Under the pieces are notes generated by a model. That model had not been told where the DNA came from, ran no database searches, and saw only the letters and a list, made by a program, of their open reading frames with translations. Made by a program: the position numbers and the translations under genes. A stretch of DNA of 56,713 nt, the filler included, from Fonticula-like sp. SCN 57-25 (Eukaryota): the NCBI GenBank assembly GCA_001724245.1. It is 3 parts of 3 records of this genome, joined end to end, with 100 filler letters (N's around TTAATTAATTAA, not from the genome) between each part and the next. Parts side by side here need not be neighbours in the genome. Positions count along the whole stretch, not along the records: positions 38,589 to 56,713 come from MEDX01000110.1; 2 more parts are not named here. The stretch is one strand, 5' to 3'. Numbering within the stretch: the stretch's first letter is position 1; each line of letters starts with the position of its first letter. Positions 42,311 through 53,924 of this stretch are shown here, piece by piece.

Positions 42311-44333
42311 CTAGTGGTGGAAGAGGCGGAGATCGGTGTGGATGTACGTCATGCCGTACGCATCCGCAGTCTCGATCACCTGCTTGTCCTGCACCGATCC
42401 CGACGGCGCAAGGATAAACTGCACGCCGCTCTTGTTGGCGCGGTGCACATTGTCGCTGAAGGGGAAGAACGCGTCCGAGCTGAGCGCGACACCCTTGAGC
42501 TGCGCGCTCCACGCTGCGCGCTCCTCCTTGGAGAGCGGCTCCGGCACGACGGCAAAGAGCGCCTCCCACGCGGCGCGCTCGGCGCCCTCGCCGACCTGGT
42601 CGGTCACAAAGAGGTCGATCGCGTTGGAGCGATCGGCGCGCTTGACGCCCTCCTTAAAGGCGAGGCCAACGACGCGCGGGTGGTGGCGGAACCACCAGTT
42701 GTCGGCCTTTTCGCCGGCGAGGCGCGTGCAGTGGATGCGCGACTGCTGACCGGCACCGAGGCCGACCGTCTGGCCGTTCTTGGCGTAGCAGACCGAGTTG
42801 GACTGGGTGAACTTGAGCGCGATCGTCGCGACGATGAGGTCGCGCGCGGCGTCGGCCGGCAGCGTCTTGCTGGCCGACACGACATTGGCGAGCAGCGACG
42901 AGTCGACGCGGCGGTTGTTGCGGAGCTGCTGGAGCGACACGCCAAACACCTCGCGCGTCTCGATGGCCGGCGGCTCATAGGCAGCGTCCACCTGCAGCAC
43001 AGTGTACTTGCCGCCCTTCTTGGCGGCGAGCAGGGCGAGCGCGGCGGCGTCAAAGCCGGGGGCGATGACACCGTCAGATACCTCGCGGGCAATGATGCGG
43101 GCAGTGGCCTCGTCGCAGACCTCGCTGAGGGCGATCCAGTCGCCAAAGGACGACATGCGGTCGGCGCCGCGGGCGCGCGCGTAGGCGGTCGCGAGCGGGG
43201 TGAGCTCGCCGAGGTCCTCAACAAAGTAGACCTTCTTCTCCTCGGCGGTGAGCGGGACGGCGATGGCGGCGCCGGCGGGCGAGACGTGCTTGAAGGAGGC
43301 GGCGGCGGCGAGGCCAGTGGCTTCCTTGAGCTCGCGGACGAGCTGCCACGAGTTGAGAGCGTCGAGCATGTTGATGAAGCCGGGGGCGCCGTTCAGAACT
43401 GAGGGAAATGGTTAGAAATGAAGGAGAAGTGAGAATAGAATACGAGTGCAAAGTATAACATCATGCACACAATGATATTACATGGACAACATTACACGAA
43501 CAAGATATTACAACAACACTGCAACTAAAACAATAAATGTACCCTTGATGGGGAGGTCGCCGTTGCGGACAAACATCTGGGCGGGCTTCTGGTGAGGGTT
43601 CATGCCGTAGCGGACGGTGAGCTGGCTCTTGCCGGCGCTGTACTGCTTGCGGAAGTAGTCCGAGATGGCCTCGTCGTAGCCGGCAGTGTGCACAAAGGCC
43701 TTGAGGGCAAGCTCCTGGCGGAGCGCGGGCGTCGTGGCGCCGTTGGCGGCGACCTCGGCGGCGACGCGCGCATAGTCGGAGGGATCGCACACGATCGTCA
43801 CGCGCTCGTGGTTCTTGGCGGCGGCGCGGAGAAGCGTAACACCACCAATGTCGACCTCCTCGACGGCCTGGGCAATCGTCACGTCGGGCTGGGCGACCGT
43901 CTTCTGGAAGGGGTACAGGTTGCAGACGACATAGTCGATCATGTCGTACTTGCGCGCGGCCATGTCGGCGTTGTCGGACGGGATGTCGCGGGCAAGGATG
44001 CCGCCATGGACAGCGGGGTGGAGCGTCTTGACGCGGCCACCGAGCATCTCGGGCGCGTTCGTGATATCAGCAACATCACTAGAATGGGGCGAGTTAGAAG
44101 GCGCAATGCAAGCGAGAAGCATGCGCACCGGACGGGGAGGCCGGCATCGCGGAGCTGCTTTGCAGTGCCACCGCTGGCAACGATGCCAACACCAGCCGCA
44201 TGCAGCGACTTGGCAAAGTCAATAAGACCGGACTTGTCCGAAACGGACAAAAGGGCTACATAGCGTCTCGTTAGCGCACAAATAAGGGAATGAAGCGCGC
44301 GGAGGCGGCGGCATGCGTACCGAGCTTCGTCAT
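42311..44333 (-). CDS. ATIC: AICAR transformylase/IMP cyclohydrolase (PurH; Ade16/17)
   Basis: [74 protein letters not shown]; 3 introns. Confidence 0.98.
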
Positions 44334-44354
44334 GGCGACCAGGGCGTGGGGCGG

Positions 44355-44360
44355 CACGTG
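44355..44360. promoter_or_regulatory. CACGTG E-box in the ATIC/COMMD5 divergent promoter
   Basis: Exact CACGTG in a 108-bp intergenic region; function inferred. Confidence 0.35.
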
Positions 44361-44441
44361 GAACTGTGGCAGGCCTGTAGCGATCCACAGGGATGTTACA
44401 GTGCTGTTGATTGCTGTTGCCTGGCCTGTGTGTGTTGCAGG

Positions 44442-45122
44442 ATGGACCGCGTCCTGTATTTCGGGTCGCGCATGCCGCACGAGGTTGCGCGCGCGCTCCC
44501 GCTTCTACACAGCGCGGACAAGCAGGCCACCCGCACGCTTCTTCAGTATGTTTTGTCGCATCTCCAGGTCGAGATCGAGGACGATCAGGCGCTCCAGGCG
44601 ACGCGGCCGGCCGACATCTCGGCCGAGACATGGAGCACAATGTTTAGCGGCCTTCTCGTGCTGCTCGTGTCGGCATTCCGCCAGCCGGGCCTCAAGACGA
44701 CCGTGCTCCAGGAGGACTTGAAAGAGCTCAAGCTCAGCCCCGAATTTATCTCTGACTTTGTCAAGGCATGGGACCCAATGTGCGTCTTTCGCGTCTTTTA
44801 CCGGCAGCAACCCCTCAACTGACCATCTCGTTTCTTTCTTTTTCATAGGCGTGAGCGCTTGACGGCTGTGCTTGCGAGCGACGTCGTTGCGCTCCCTCGC
44901 CTGGAGGACTTTCGCTGGCGCGTGGATGTCGGCATCTCGACATCTGCCGTATCGCAGGTCCTCAAGCCGACAGTGCACTTTCAGTTCACGACATCGGACG
45001 GCAACATTGTGCAGTTTGAGGTCCCGCTCGCCCAGTTCCACCGCCTGCGCTACAGCGTTGCGCACCTGCTCAAGGACTCGGACGCCATCAAGCACAAGAA
45101 CATTTTCAAGATCAAGGACTAG
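44442..45122 (+). CDS. COMMD5: COMM domain protein 5
   Basis: [10 protein letters not shown]-terminus; [39 protein letters not shown]; 1 intron. Confidence 0.85.
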
Positions 45123-45678
45123 AGATGGCGAGGTCGCAATGTATTAGACTTTTTTTTTTCTCGCTTCCTTTTCCTGTTTCTATTATCTTGTTGTTATCTT
45201 CTTAATCCAATGCCGTGCGAGAATGTGATATTCACCGTGTGAAGGGGGGCGGGGTAGCGGACACGAATTTCTTGATTGAAGTGGACTGTGGTTACACTCG
45301 GCGCATGGGTGGACTACGTAAAGACATACATCACCAAATATCTACATTGTGCTTTTAAAGTACTGCTGTATGTTGTAATAGGGATAGTGATAGACTACGC
45401 TGTAAGACTGTCTGGTGTACCGTACATAAAAGGTCTATTTTACACATTTTGTAAGTTTGTGTTGACCAATCAAATGCGTTGTTAGGACCAATCAAAATTG
45501 CGATGTACGCACTTGCTGGACAAATCGGTTGTGGCCTGGTGGTGGGTACACGATGTCTTAACCAGCGGCTGGTCCGGAGCCGGAACCAACACTTAAGGAT
45601 GTGCTAAATGTTGCGAGACGTGAGATGAGGGAGCTTCGAGGCGCGTCTTACGCTCGAGTTTTCTCTGTGCATGATTAA

Positions 45679-46330
45679 TTGGAGTGGCTCGCCTGGCCAA
45701 AAGCAGTTGACATGAACGGAAACTCGCTGATAGGCAGCTACGTGCATACCGGCGCCGAAGAACGTGCTGTCAAGCTCGCAACGGAGGCAATGGATGGCAT
45801 CGATTCCCTGAATGTCTTGTCAGCCCTAGTCTTACCAGTTTTAAAACTACTTTTATCCGCGAAGACATTCAACGAGACACTGAAGGACCTTGGCAGATTA
45901 CGATGATGTTAGCGCTGGCGGTCGCCGTCGTCATCTCATGACAGCTCCTTTGGGGCTTATTGGCTTCACTCACAACCAGTTTGTTGGGGACGCTTTGGTT
46001 GGTACCTACTTGCTTCCCTTTTCCCGTGAGCTAGAACTGGACCTCCGTGGCGAAGTCAGGGTGAGTCGGTCCTCCTTGGAAATGGTTCTTGATATTGTTG
46101 CCCGCCAGCAACCGGGAGGCGGAAAAAATAATATGGAGACGCAGAATGAGCTGCTCCAGAGCGTGCCCGCGCTGCAGTGAAGACTTAATTTCACCGAGGC
46201 ATATTTCCTCGACGGTGCTATATACACCTCGCATCGCAACAGGTCGTGGTAAGCATACACATTTGATGAAAAAGGTCTGTGTTGGGGAGCTATGCAGACC
46301 GACATGAAGATTCAAAGCTACAGATTGCAA
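45679..46330 (+). pseudogene. Possible degraded coding relic of unknown family
   Basis: Chain of overlapping + ORFs in shifting frames with stops, lower GC and no canonical introns joining them. Confidence 0.25.
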
Positions 46331-46848
46331 TGAATGCTTATCCGATACTCGACCCCATTCTCCAGGTCAGGCAACAGAAGACGTCGTTCAAGTTGTGCCT
46401 TTTCGGAATGACTCAAGACGAAACTCCTTGCTACTGAAAAAACTGTCGGTTGTAACAACTTCGTAGGTCAGCGCGCTCAATTGGCGCGCATTTTCTCGAC
46501 CTTATTGTTGTTTCTCCAATAAGTCGACGATCTATTGTTTTCTTGTCGCCGTTTTTCTTCATTTTTTTCCCCTCTCCAATATACTTTTCATATGTCATTA
46601 TGCGTTCAGAAGAAGTTGCACAAATTACAGAATGAGAAATTTGGGACTCTTCCGGTTTGAATTCCTATTGTAGACTCCAACATTCGTGTATTTCCCGCCA
46701 TCCGTAATTTAGTTTATTTCCCGCCAAATTTGTTTCGACCGGCCTCGCAGTAACGCTGCTTTGGAAGAATGGCACCGGGCATGGCGACGAAAGGACCCTT
46801 GTTTCATGATGTCCGCGCTTGAACCTGCTTGACTTGTCTTCTTTTATT

Positions 46849-47883
46849 ATGACGTCAAGATTGCCTCATCGACCTCTGCCGTCACCTTTGGCTCACTACT
46901 CCTACCAACCTCCCATCATGAGCAGCGGGCCGATTCGCTCTTCCGAGATGAGCGACCTTACGAGCATCATGAATCCTCAGCCCTCCACCGCCGCCGTCAT
47001 GGACTCTCTCATGTCTGAAGGCAGCAGTGGCGTGTACGCCAACGGCTTTGACTCGCGCGAAAACATCATTGACCACCCGCCGCGTCGACTCGCCCCGACG
47101 CCGCCGCCGACCCGCGTGACCGCCGACGTTCCTGCTGCTGCCGCTGCCGCCGCTACTGCGCCACCGCTCGCCGACTCTGTCTTGCTTGAACCGTCCGACC
47201 CGCTGTCAGAGCCCGTGCGCGGTCTTGCGGCGCTGGCGCTTCCCGAAGAAAATTTGGCGTCGATTCACGTCGGCGTCCCCTCGATCCCCGCTCTGCCACC
47301 CACGACAAGCCGCGTCCGCCACGCATCGACACTCGCCGCCAATACTGCCATTGACACGCGCACTGCCGTGGAAGTACAGGAACTCGAGAACGATCGCGCG
47401 CGCATCACGGCAAAGATCGCGCAGCTCCAGTACGAGTGGGACGTCGACCGCGTTGTCGAGCTCCAGAGCAGCGTTTCGGTGATCCTCCTGACCGTCCTCG
47501 GCATCGCGCAGGGCCCGCTCGAGACGGGCCGTTGGCTGTACCTCACGCTGCTCGTGAGCGTCATGCTGCTCATGCACGCGCTCCACGGCTGGTCGCCCGT
47601 GCTCGACGTCCTGCGCTGGTTCGGCGTCCGAACCGCCGCCGAGATCCACGAGGAGGTCGTCGCGCTAAAGGCAATGCGCGGCGACTTTGGCAATATAAAC
47701 ACGCTGTCGACGCCGAATGTGATGCGGCACAGCAGGATCGTGCCGCCGGCGCAGGCAAAGCTGCCGATCCCGGAGGAGAAAGGAAGGGAGCCGGAAATCG
47801 TGCAGGTGCCGCAGAGGGGGTCGTATGCGGAGCGCGTGCGGCCGCCTCTCGTCGAGCGCAGAGGACACGCCAAGGGATTTTAG
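46849..47883 (+). CDS. DUF2892/YgaP-like membrane protein with disordered N-terminus, no visible intron
   Basis: LPPTTSRV..EWDVDRV..HALHGWSP..GVRTAAEIHEE..ALKAMRGDF (47293-47697) matches a bacterial DUF2892-type family; start uncertain. Confidence 0.75.
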   Translation: MTSRLPHRPLPSPLAHYSYQPPIMSSGPIRSSEMSDLTSIMNPQPSTAAVMDSLMSEGSSGVYANGFDSRENIIDHPPRRLAPTPPPTRVTADVPAAAAAAATAPPLADSVLLEPSDPLSEPVRGLAALALPEENLASIHVGVPSIPALPPTTSRVRHASTLAANTAIDTRTAVEVQELENDRARITAKIAQLQYEWDVDRVVELQSSVSVILLTVLGIAQGPLETGRWLYLTLLVSVMLLMHALHGWSPVLDVLRWFGVRTAAEIHEEVVALKAMRGDFGNINTLSTPNVMRHSRIVPPAQAKLPIPEEKGREPEIVQVPQRGSYAERVRPPLVERRGHAKGF

Positions 47884-48157
47884 TGAGATCTTTGTTGAAG
47901 AAGCGCGTTTTTATGCGCAGTTTGAAATTGTATTTTCGGAATGGATTATTAGATACAAATGTGGAAGGAGCGGCTTGAATCCCTCAAGGACGCGGCCAAT
48001 ACTACTACACGAACAAATGTCGGGCCCCAGGCCACAATCGACACGCGCTACACATACACAACACATATTACACACAACACAAAGTGGTCAAGGGTAAGAC
48101 CGGCATCGACAAGAACCAACATCATCTCGAGCATCGCCGACGACATCGTTGACTCGC

Positions 48158-48510
48158 TCAATGCTGCTCGCCGTCGGAGTGCGAGGACGCGGGGAGCTCG
48201 ACCGTGGAGACGGACGCGAGCGACCCAAAGGATCCAAAGTCCATCGGCTTGGGCAGGTCGTCGTACATGAGCGCACGCGTCTTGCTCGCATCGCTGCCGC
48301 GGTGCAGATGGCCGCTCTCCTTCATCTTGCGGCTGTGCGCGTCGTCAGCAGTCGCAGCGGGCTTGACGCGCTCGCCGACGAGAACAATGTAACTCGACGC
48401 GATCGCCTCGGCTTCCTCCTCTTCCTGGCGCGAAGGGCGGCGGCTGCGGGCGGCGTCAGTTTTTGGCGGGAAAAGGCAGATGCAGCGTACCGGAAGATGT
48501 TAAACTTCAT
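48158..48510 (-). CDS. Small orphan protein, 101 aa, 2 exons
   Basis: 20-nt exon 1, 47-nt intron 48444-48490 (GTACGC..CTGAC..CAG), 286-nt exon 2: MKFNIFRRRPSRQEEEEAEAIASSYIVLVGERVK..YDDLPKPMDFGSF..GEQH*. Confidence 0.6.
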
Positions 48511-49252
48511 CTTGAAAGTGGGTCAAAGGAAAGGAAAGGGACAAGTGGGCAAAGTAGACCCGTCTGCTCTTGCTCGTGATCCCCGTGCGAGCGGAGCGGT
48601 AAAGCAATGTATGACGGGGCACTCAAAAACGCAAAGCATTCAATGCACCCCCGCCATCGCGTTCCAATGATCTGATTGGTCGAGCATGACGAAATCCATC
48701 CACGTGGCCGAATGTTGCCGCCAAGAATGCAAAACGGGTAGGGAGCGCTGGCGGGTCAGCGGGTACAAAACATACACAACAACAAACATGAGGAAAACAG
48801 GGCGAACGGGTGGCTCGAGGCGCGTGTTTATGCCGATCGGTGGGTGGTATTGGGTGCCCCTGAGTGGGGCTGTGTGTTTGGTAGGAATCATGATGAGGAA
48901 TCATGATACGTCACTCGGCATACATCCCGACAGCTCGAGGTAGGTAAGACATGGGAGTTTGGTAGTCTATGCACTTGAAGTACTGTAATTCTCCGACAAA
49001 GAGTTGCGAAATGCACTCATTGAGTTCTGATTGCTGGCTGATTCTCCACCATACGCTGTGTCATTTTTGATTTTGAGGCACCTGATGGGTGGCGATGGTC
49101 CTGCAGCCATCTTTAAACAAACATACTTCCAAAGATTTACATGAATACCCAGCACATTACACTTATGTTGCTACATATTAAAGCGTCTTTTTATCTGTCC
49201 ATCTTTCTAGTGCAAGTGAGTTCGTCGTCGTCACTTTCCCTCCAACCACGAC

Positions 49253-49307
49253 CACGTGGATACGCCTATGTAAAATAGTTGGATCCAACTCTGGGCCTGC
49301 ACACGTG
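49253..49307. promoter_or_regulatory. ADE6 promoter module: CACGTG - 14-bp palindrome - CACGTG
   Basis: CACGTG 49253-49258, AGTTGGATCCAACT 49277-49290, CACGTG 49302-49307. Confidence 0.4.
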
Positions 49308-49319
49308 TGCGAATCGACC

Positions 49320-52300
49320 ATGGTGGCGGGGCCGTCCATGTCGGTGCTGCTCGGCGGGGTCGCCCTGTCCGATGCCAAGACTGCTCAGCTGCTCTCGCGT
49401 ATCCAGACGGCTGCGCCCGGGCTGACTGGCATCGCGTCGCAGCAGGTCTTTCTGCTTCTCCAGGCGCAGCCTGGTGCCCTCGATGCCGAGAGCGTCAGCC
49501 GCCTCGAGGCCATCCTGAGCGCAAAGCTCATGGCCGAGGGCGCTTCCGAGAAGCCGGCGGGCAAGAACGAGGCGCGTCTCGTTGTTCTCCCGCGCCCCGG
49601 TACCATTTCGCCGTGGTCGTCCAAGGCGACGGACATTCTCAAGATGTGCGGCCTTAGCGGTGCCGTCCAGCGCGTCGAGCACGGTGTGCGCTTCACCCTG
49701 ACCGGCACCGTCTCGAGCACCGAGCTCGGTGCTGTTGCCGCGCTCCTGCACGACCGCATGACACAGTCGGTTTCCACTTCGTTCCCGCCGACCGCCGCGT
49801 CCGTCTTTGGCGTCAGCCCGCGCGGCAGCGTCCGCACGGTGCCCGTCATCGCTGGCGGCCGCGACGCCCTCGTCAAGGCCAACAGCGAGTGGGGCCTTGC
49901 TCTCGCCAACGACGAGATTGACTATCTGCTCGAGGCGTACCGCGACACGCTCAAGCGCGACCCCACCGACGTCGAGCTCATGATGTTTGCCCAGGTGCGC
50001 ACATGTTATTATCTTTTTCTTTTTGCTGACGAACTTTCAGGTCAACTCTGAGCACTGCCGCCACAAGGTGTTCCGCGCGACGTGGACCATTGACGGCGAG
50101 GACCGCACGACGTCCCTTTTCGACATGATTAAGAACACGTACCGCCACAACCCCGAGGGCGTCCTCTCTGCCTACTCTGACAACGGCGCTGTTCTCGCCG
50201 CGTCGCGCGCCGGCCCTGAGGGCCCGGGCACGTGGTTCATGCCCGACCCGGCGCTCGGCGCCGAGTACACCTCGGTGCCCGACCAGGCCGAGATTGTCAT
50301 CAAGGTGGAGACGCACAACCACCCGACCGCCGTCTGCCCCTTCCCCGGCGCTGCCACCGGCTCTGGTGGCGAGATCCGCGATGAGGGTGCCGTCGGCATT
50401 GGCGCCAAGCCCAAGGCCGGTCTGTGCGGCTTTATGACTTCTCACCTTCACCTGCCCGGCCGCGCGCGCCCGTGGGAGGCCGGCGACGCCGCTTACGGCC
50501 GCCCCGCCCGCATTGCTTCTGCGCTCGATATCATGATTGACGGCCCGCTCGGTGCCGCCGCCTTCAACAACGAGTTTGGTCGCCCGAACCTGACCGGCTT
50601 TTTCCGTACCTTCTGGGAGACCGTCCCCGCTGCGTCGGCCGAGCCCGAGAACGCTGCCAGCGAGGCGCGCGGCTACCACAAGCCGATCATGCTTGCCGGT
50701 GGCCTCGGCAACATCCGCCCCAACCACGTTGCTAAGAAGGGCGCTCGCCCCGGCTCGCTTCTCTGCGTGCTCGGTGGCCCGTGCCTCCTGATTGGTCTTG
50801 GCGGCGGTGCCGCCTCGTCCGTGTCGGCGGGCGCGAGCTCTGAGGAGCTTGACTTTGCCTCTGTGCAGCGCGACAATGCCGAGATGCAGCGCCGCGCACA
50901 GGAGGTGATCAGCGCGTGCGTGCAGCTCGGCGACGCGAACCCGATCCAGATCATTCACGATGTCGGCGCCGGCGGTCTCTCGAACGCCTTCCCCGAGCTT
51001 GTCGACGATGCTCAGCTCGGCGCCACCTTTGACATTACGGCGATCCCGTGCGACGACCCGTCGCTTTCGCCGCTGCAGCTTTGGTGCAATGAGGCGCAGG
51101 AGCGCTATGTGCTCGCCGTCGCGCCCGAGGACTGGGAGCGCATCCACGCCATTGCGCAGCGCGAGCGTTGCCCGCTGACCGCTGTCGGCCGCGCGACGAC
51201 CGAGGCTCGCCTCATTCTCGCCGACCCCGCCGCGTCAGAGCGCGCCCCGATCGACGTGCCCATGTCGGTTCTGTTTGGCAAGGCGCCGCGCATGCACCGC
51301 ACGACGCAGCACCTGCCGCGCGCCGTCGTCCCCCGCCCCACCATTGACGTGTCGGTGCAGGACGCCCTTTTGCGCGTGCTCAGCTTCCCCACCGTCGCCT
51401 CAAAGTCGTTTTTGATCAGCATTGGCGACCGCTCCGTCGGCGGCCTCACTGCGCGCGACCAGATGGTCGGCCCGTGGCAGGTCCCCGTCGCCGACGTGGC
51501 CGTCACCTTTGCCGGCCACTTTGCCCACACTGGCGAGGCCATGGCCACCGGCGAGCGCACTCCGCTTGCCCTGCTGAACGCCGCCGCCTCGTCGCGCATG
51601 GCCGTCGCCGAGGCGCTGACCAACATTGCCGCGGCCGATATTGAGGGCGGCGACACCAAGACGGTGCGCCTGTCCGCCAACTGGATGGTCGCCGCGAGCC
51701 ACCCCGGCGAGGACGCGCTCCTTTACGACGCCGTGCAGGCCATCGGCATGGAAATGTGCCCCGCGCTCGACGTGGCCATCCCCGTCGGCAAGGACTCGAT
51801 GTCGATGCAGACGCGCTGGGCCGACGACGCGACCGCCAAGCCGCACGCCGTTACTGCCCCGCTTTCGCTCGTCATTACTGCCTTTGCGCCGGTCCGCGAC
51901 GCGCGCCGCACGCTCACGCCGCAGCTCCTGCGCGAGTCGTCCACCGTGCTCGTTCTTGTCGAGCCGCGCACTGCCCGCCAGTACCGCCTTTCCGGCTCGT
52001 GCCTTCTGCAGGCCTTTGGCGGCGTCGGCCCCGCTTCCGACTGCCCCGACGCCGACGACGTTGCCGGCCTCCGCGCGCTCTTCCGCGGCGTGCGCTCGCT
52101 TGCCGCCGACGGCCACATTCTCGCCTACCACGACCGCTCTGACGGCGGCCTCGCCGTGACCGTCGCCGAGATGATTTTCGCCGGCCGCGCTGGCGTTGAA
52201 ATGGACACGACCGTGCTCGGCGACGACCCCCTCGCCGTCCTCTTTGCCGAGGAAGTTGGCGCCGTTCTCCAGGTTCGCGCGTCCGACATGCCGAGCGTCG

Positions 52301-53588
52301 AGCGCGCCTTTGCCGACGTCAACATGTCTGTGATCGGCCGCGTCGTCCCCGCCCACCAGCGCCTCATTGTCACCCACAAGGGCGCCACCGTGATTGACCT
52401 GGCGCGCGCGACGATGCAGCGCTCCTGGGCCGACGTCAGCTTTGCCATCCAAGAGATGCGCGACAATGCCGCGTGCGCCGCCGAAGAGCTCGCGCTCATC
52501 GACAATGACGACGACGCCGGCATCCAGTGCGAGGTCACCTTTGACCTTTCCGCCCAAATGAGCGCCGCCAAGCTGCTCGGCGGCCGCCCGCGCGTCGCCG
52601 TCCTCCGCGAGCAGGGCGTCAACAGCCACACTGAGATGGCCGTCGCCTTCCACCGCGCCGGTTTCGCCGCCGTCGACGTCCACATGAGCGACATTCTCGC
52701 CAACCGCGTCTCGCTCGGCGACTTTAGGGGGCTCGTCGCGTGCGGCGGCTTTTCGTACGGTGACGTGCTCGGCGCGGGTGAGGGCTGGGCGCGGTCGATC
52801 CTCTTTAATGGGGGGGCGCGCAAGATGTTTAGCGAGTTTTTCAACAGGAAGGATACGTTTGCGCTGGGTGTTTGTAACGGGTGCCAGATGCTGGCGGCGC
52901 TCAAGGAGATCATTCCGGGGGCGGAGAGGTGGCCGCGCTTTGTCAAGAACAGGTGCGAGATTGGGTTGAAATTAGAGGGGTTATTGTAAGGGGTTTTTGG
53001 TGAAATTTTGATGATTTTGTGGTACTTTTTGTGTCATTTCGTGTCATTTTGTGTATCATTTTTGAACTTTTTGCATCATTTTCTGTCTCTTTTCCTCCAC
53101 TTTTCCGCCCTTTTTCTTCACTTTTCGCACTTTTTCTCACCCATTTCCACAGGAGCGACCAGTTTGAAGCGCGCTTTGTGACGCTCCGCCTCGAGTCCCA
53201 GCCCTCCGCGCACGCCTCCGTCTTCTTCTCCTCCATGGCCGGCTCGCGCATCCCCATCGCCGCCTCCCACGGCGAAGGCCGCGCCCTCTTTGCCTCCCCC
53301 GAAGACGAGGCAGCCTGCCAGGACCACGTGGCCGCTCGCTTTGTTGACAATTCCGGCGCCGTCACGCAGCACTTTCCGCTCAACTCGAACGGGTCGCCGC
53401 GCGGCGTCGCTTCGGTTACGGCGGCGGGCGGTCGCGTGACGGCCATCATGCCGCACCCGGAGCGCGTGCTGCGGATGGGCAATATGCCGTACAGGCCAGA
53501 GGTCAAGGGGGGGGTCTTGGCGGAGGACGGCAGCGATGAGAGCCCGTGGATGGCAATGTTTTACAGTGCCCGTAGGTGGGTCGGCTAA
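49320..53588 (+). CDS. ADE6: Phosphoribosylformylglycinamidine synthase (large PurL/PFAS)
   Basis: PRPGTISPWSSKATDI, NSEHCRHK, KVETHNHPTA, GGEIRDE, HDVGAGG, GKDSMSM, YHDRSDGG, GVCNGCQ, SHGEG, MPHPER; 2 introns. Confidence 0.98.
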
Positions 53589-53670
53589 GTCGAAGAAGAA
53601 GAAAAATTGTTTGAAGCAGTGTTTGAAAAACATCAATAGAAAGAGAATCATTTGATATGTGTGAATCATG

Positions 53671-53805
53671 CAAAAGTGTCATTTTGAATTAAGTACAATA
53701 GGCAAAAGTACCAGTTTGCGTCCAATAAGCATATATTTCATTTTGATATGCGTCGAATGATCAAATATTTTCATTTTGATACGCGTCCAATGGTCAAAAG
53801 TGTAC
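53671..53805. repeat. Degenerate ~32-bp minisatellite in the ADE6/ADE5,7 convergent spacer
   Basis: TTCATTTTGATAYGCGTCSAATGRTCAAA occurs twice, plus partial copies. Confidence 0.6.
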
Positions 53806-53924
53806 AATTTACAGTCTATACTATTCATCTACTTTTCCTACTATACTTTCTACTTGTGTTCACATGGATAATTATTCTATTTTCCTACTATATTACCCTC
53901 AAGACAGAGACCGTACAATCCACT

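Noticed and set aside
46409-46415. TGACTCA (Gcn4/Bas1-like site)
   Set aside because: Single site that is not in a purine gene promoter.
49978-52946. Long antisense or alternate-frame ORFs over ADE6 (likewise over ATIC, NOL10, MTR4, UGP1)
   Set aside because: Expected shadows of high-GC3 codon usage; no recognisable motifs.
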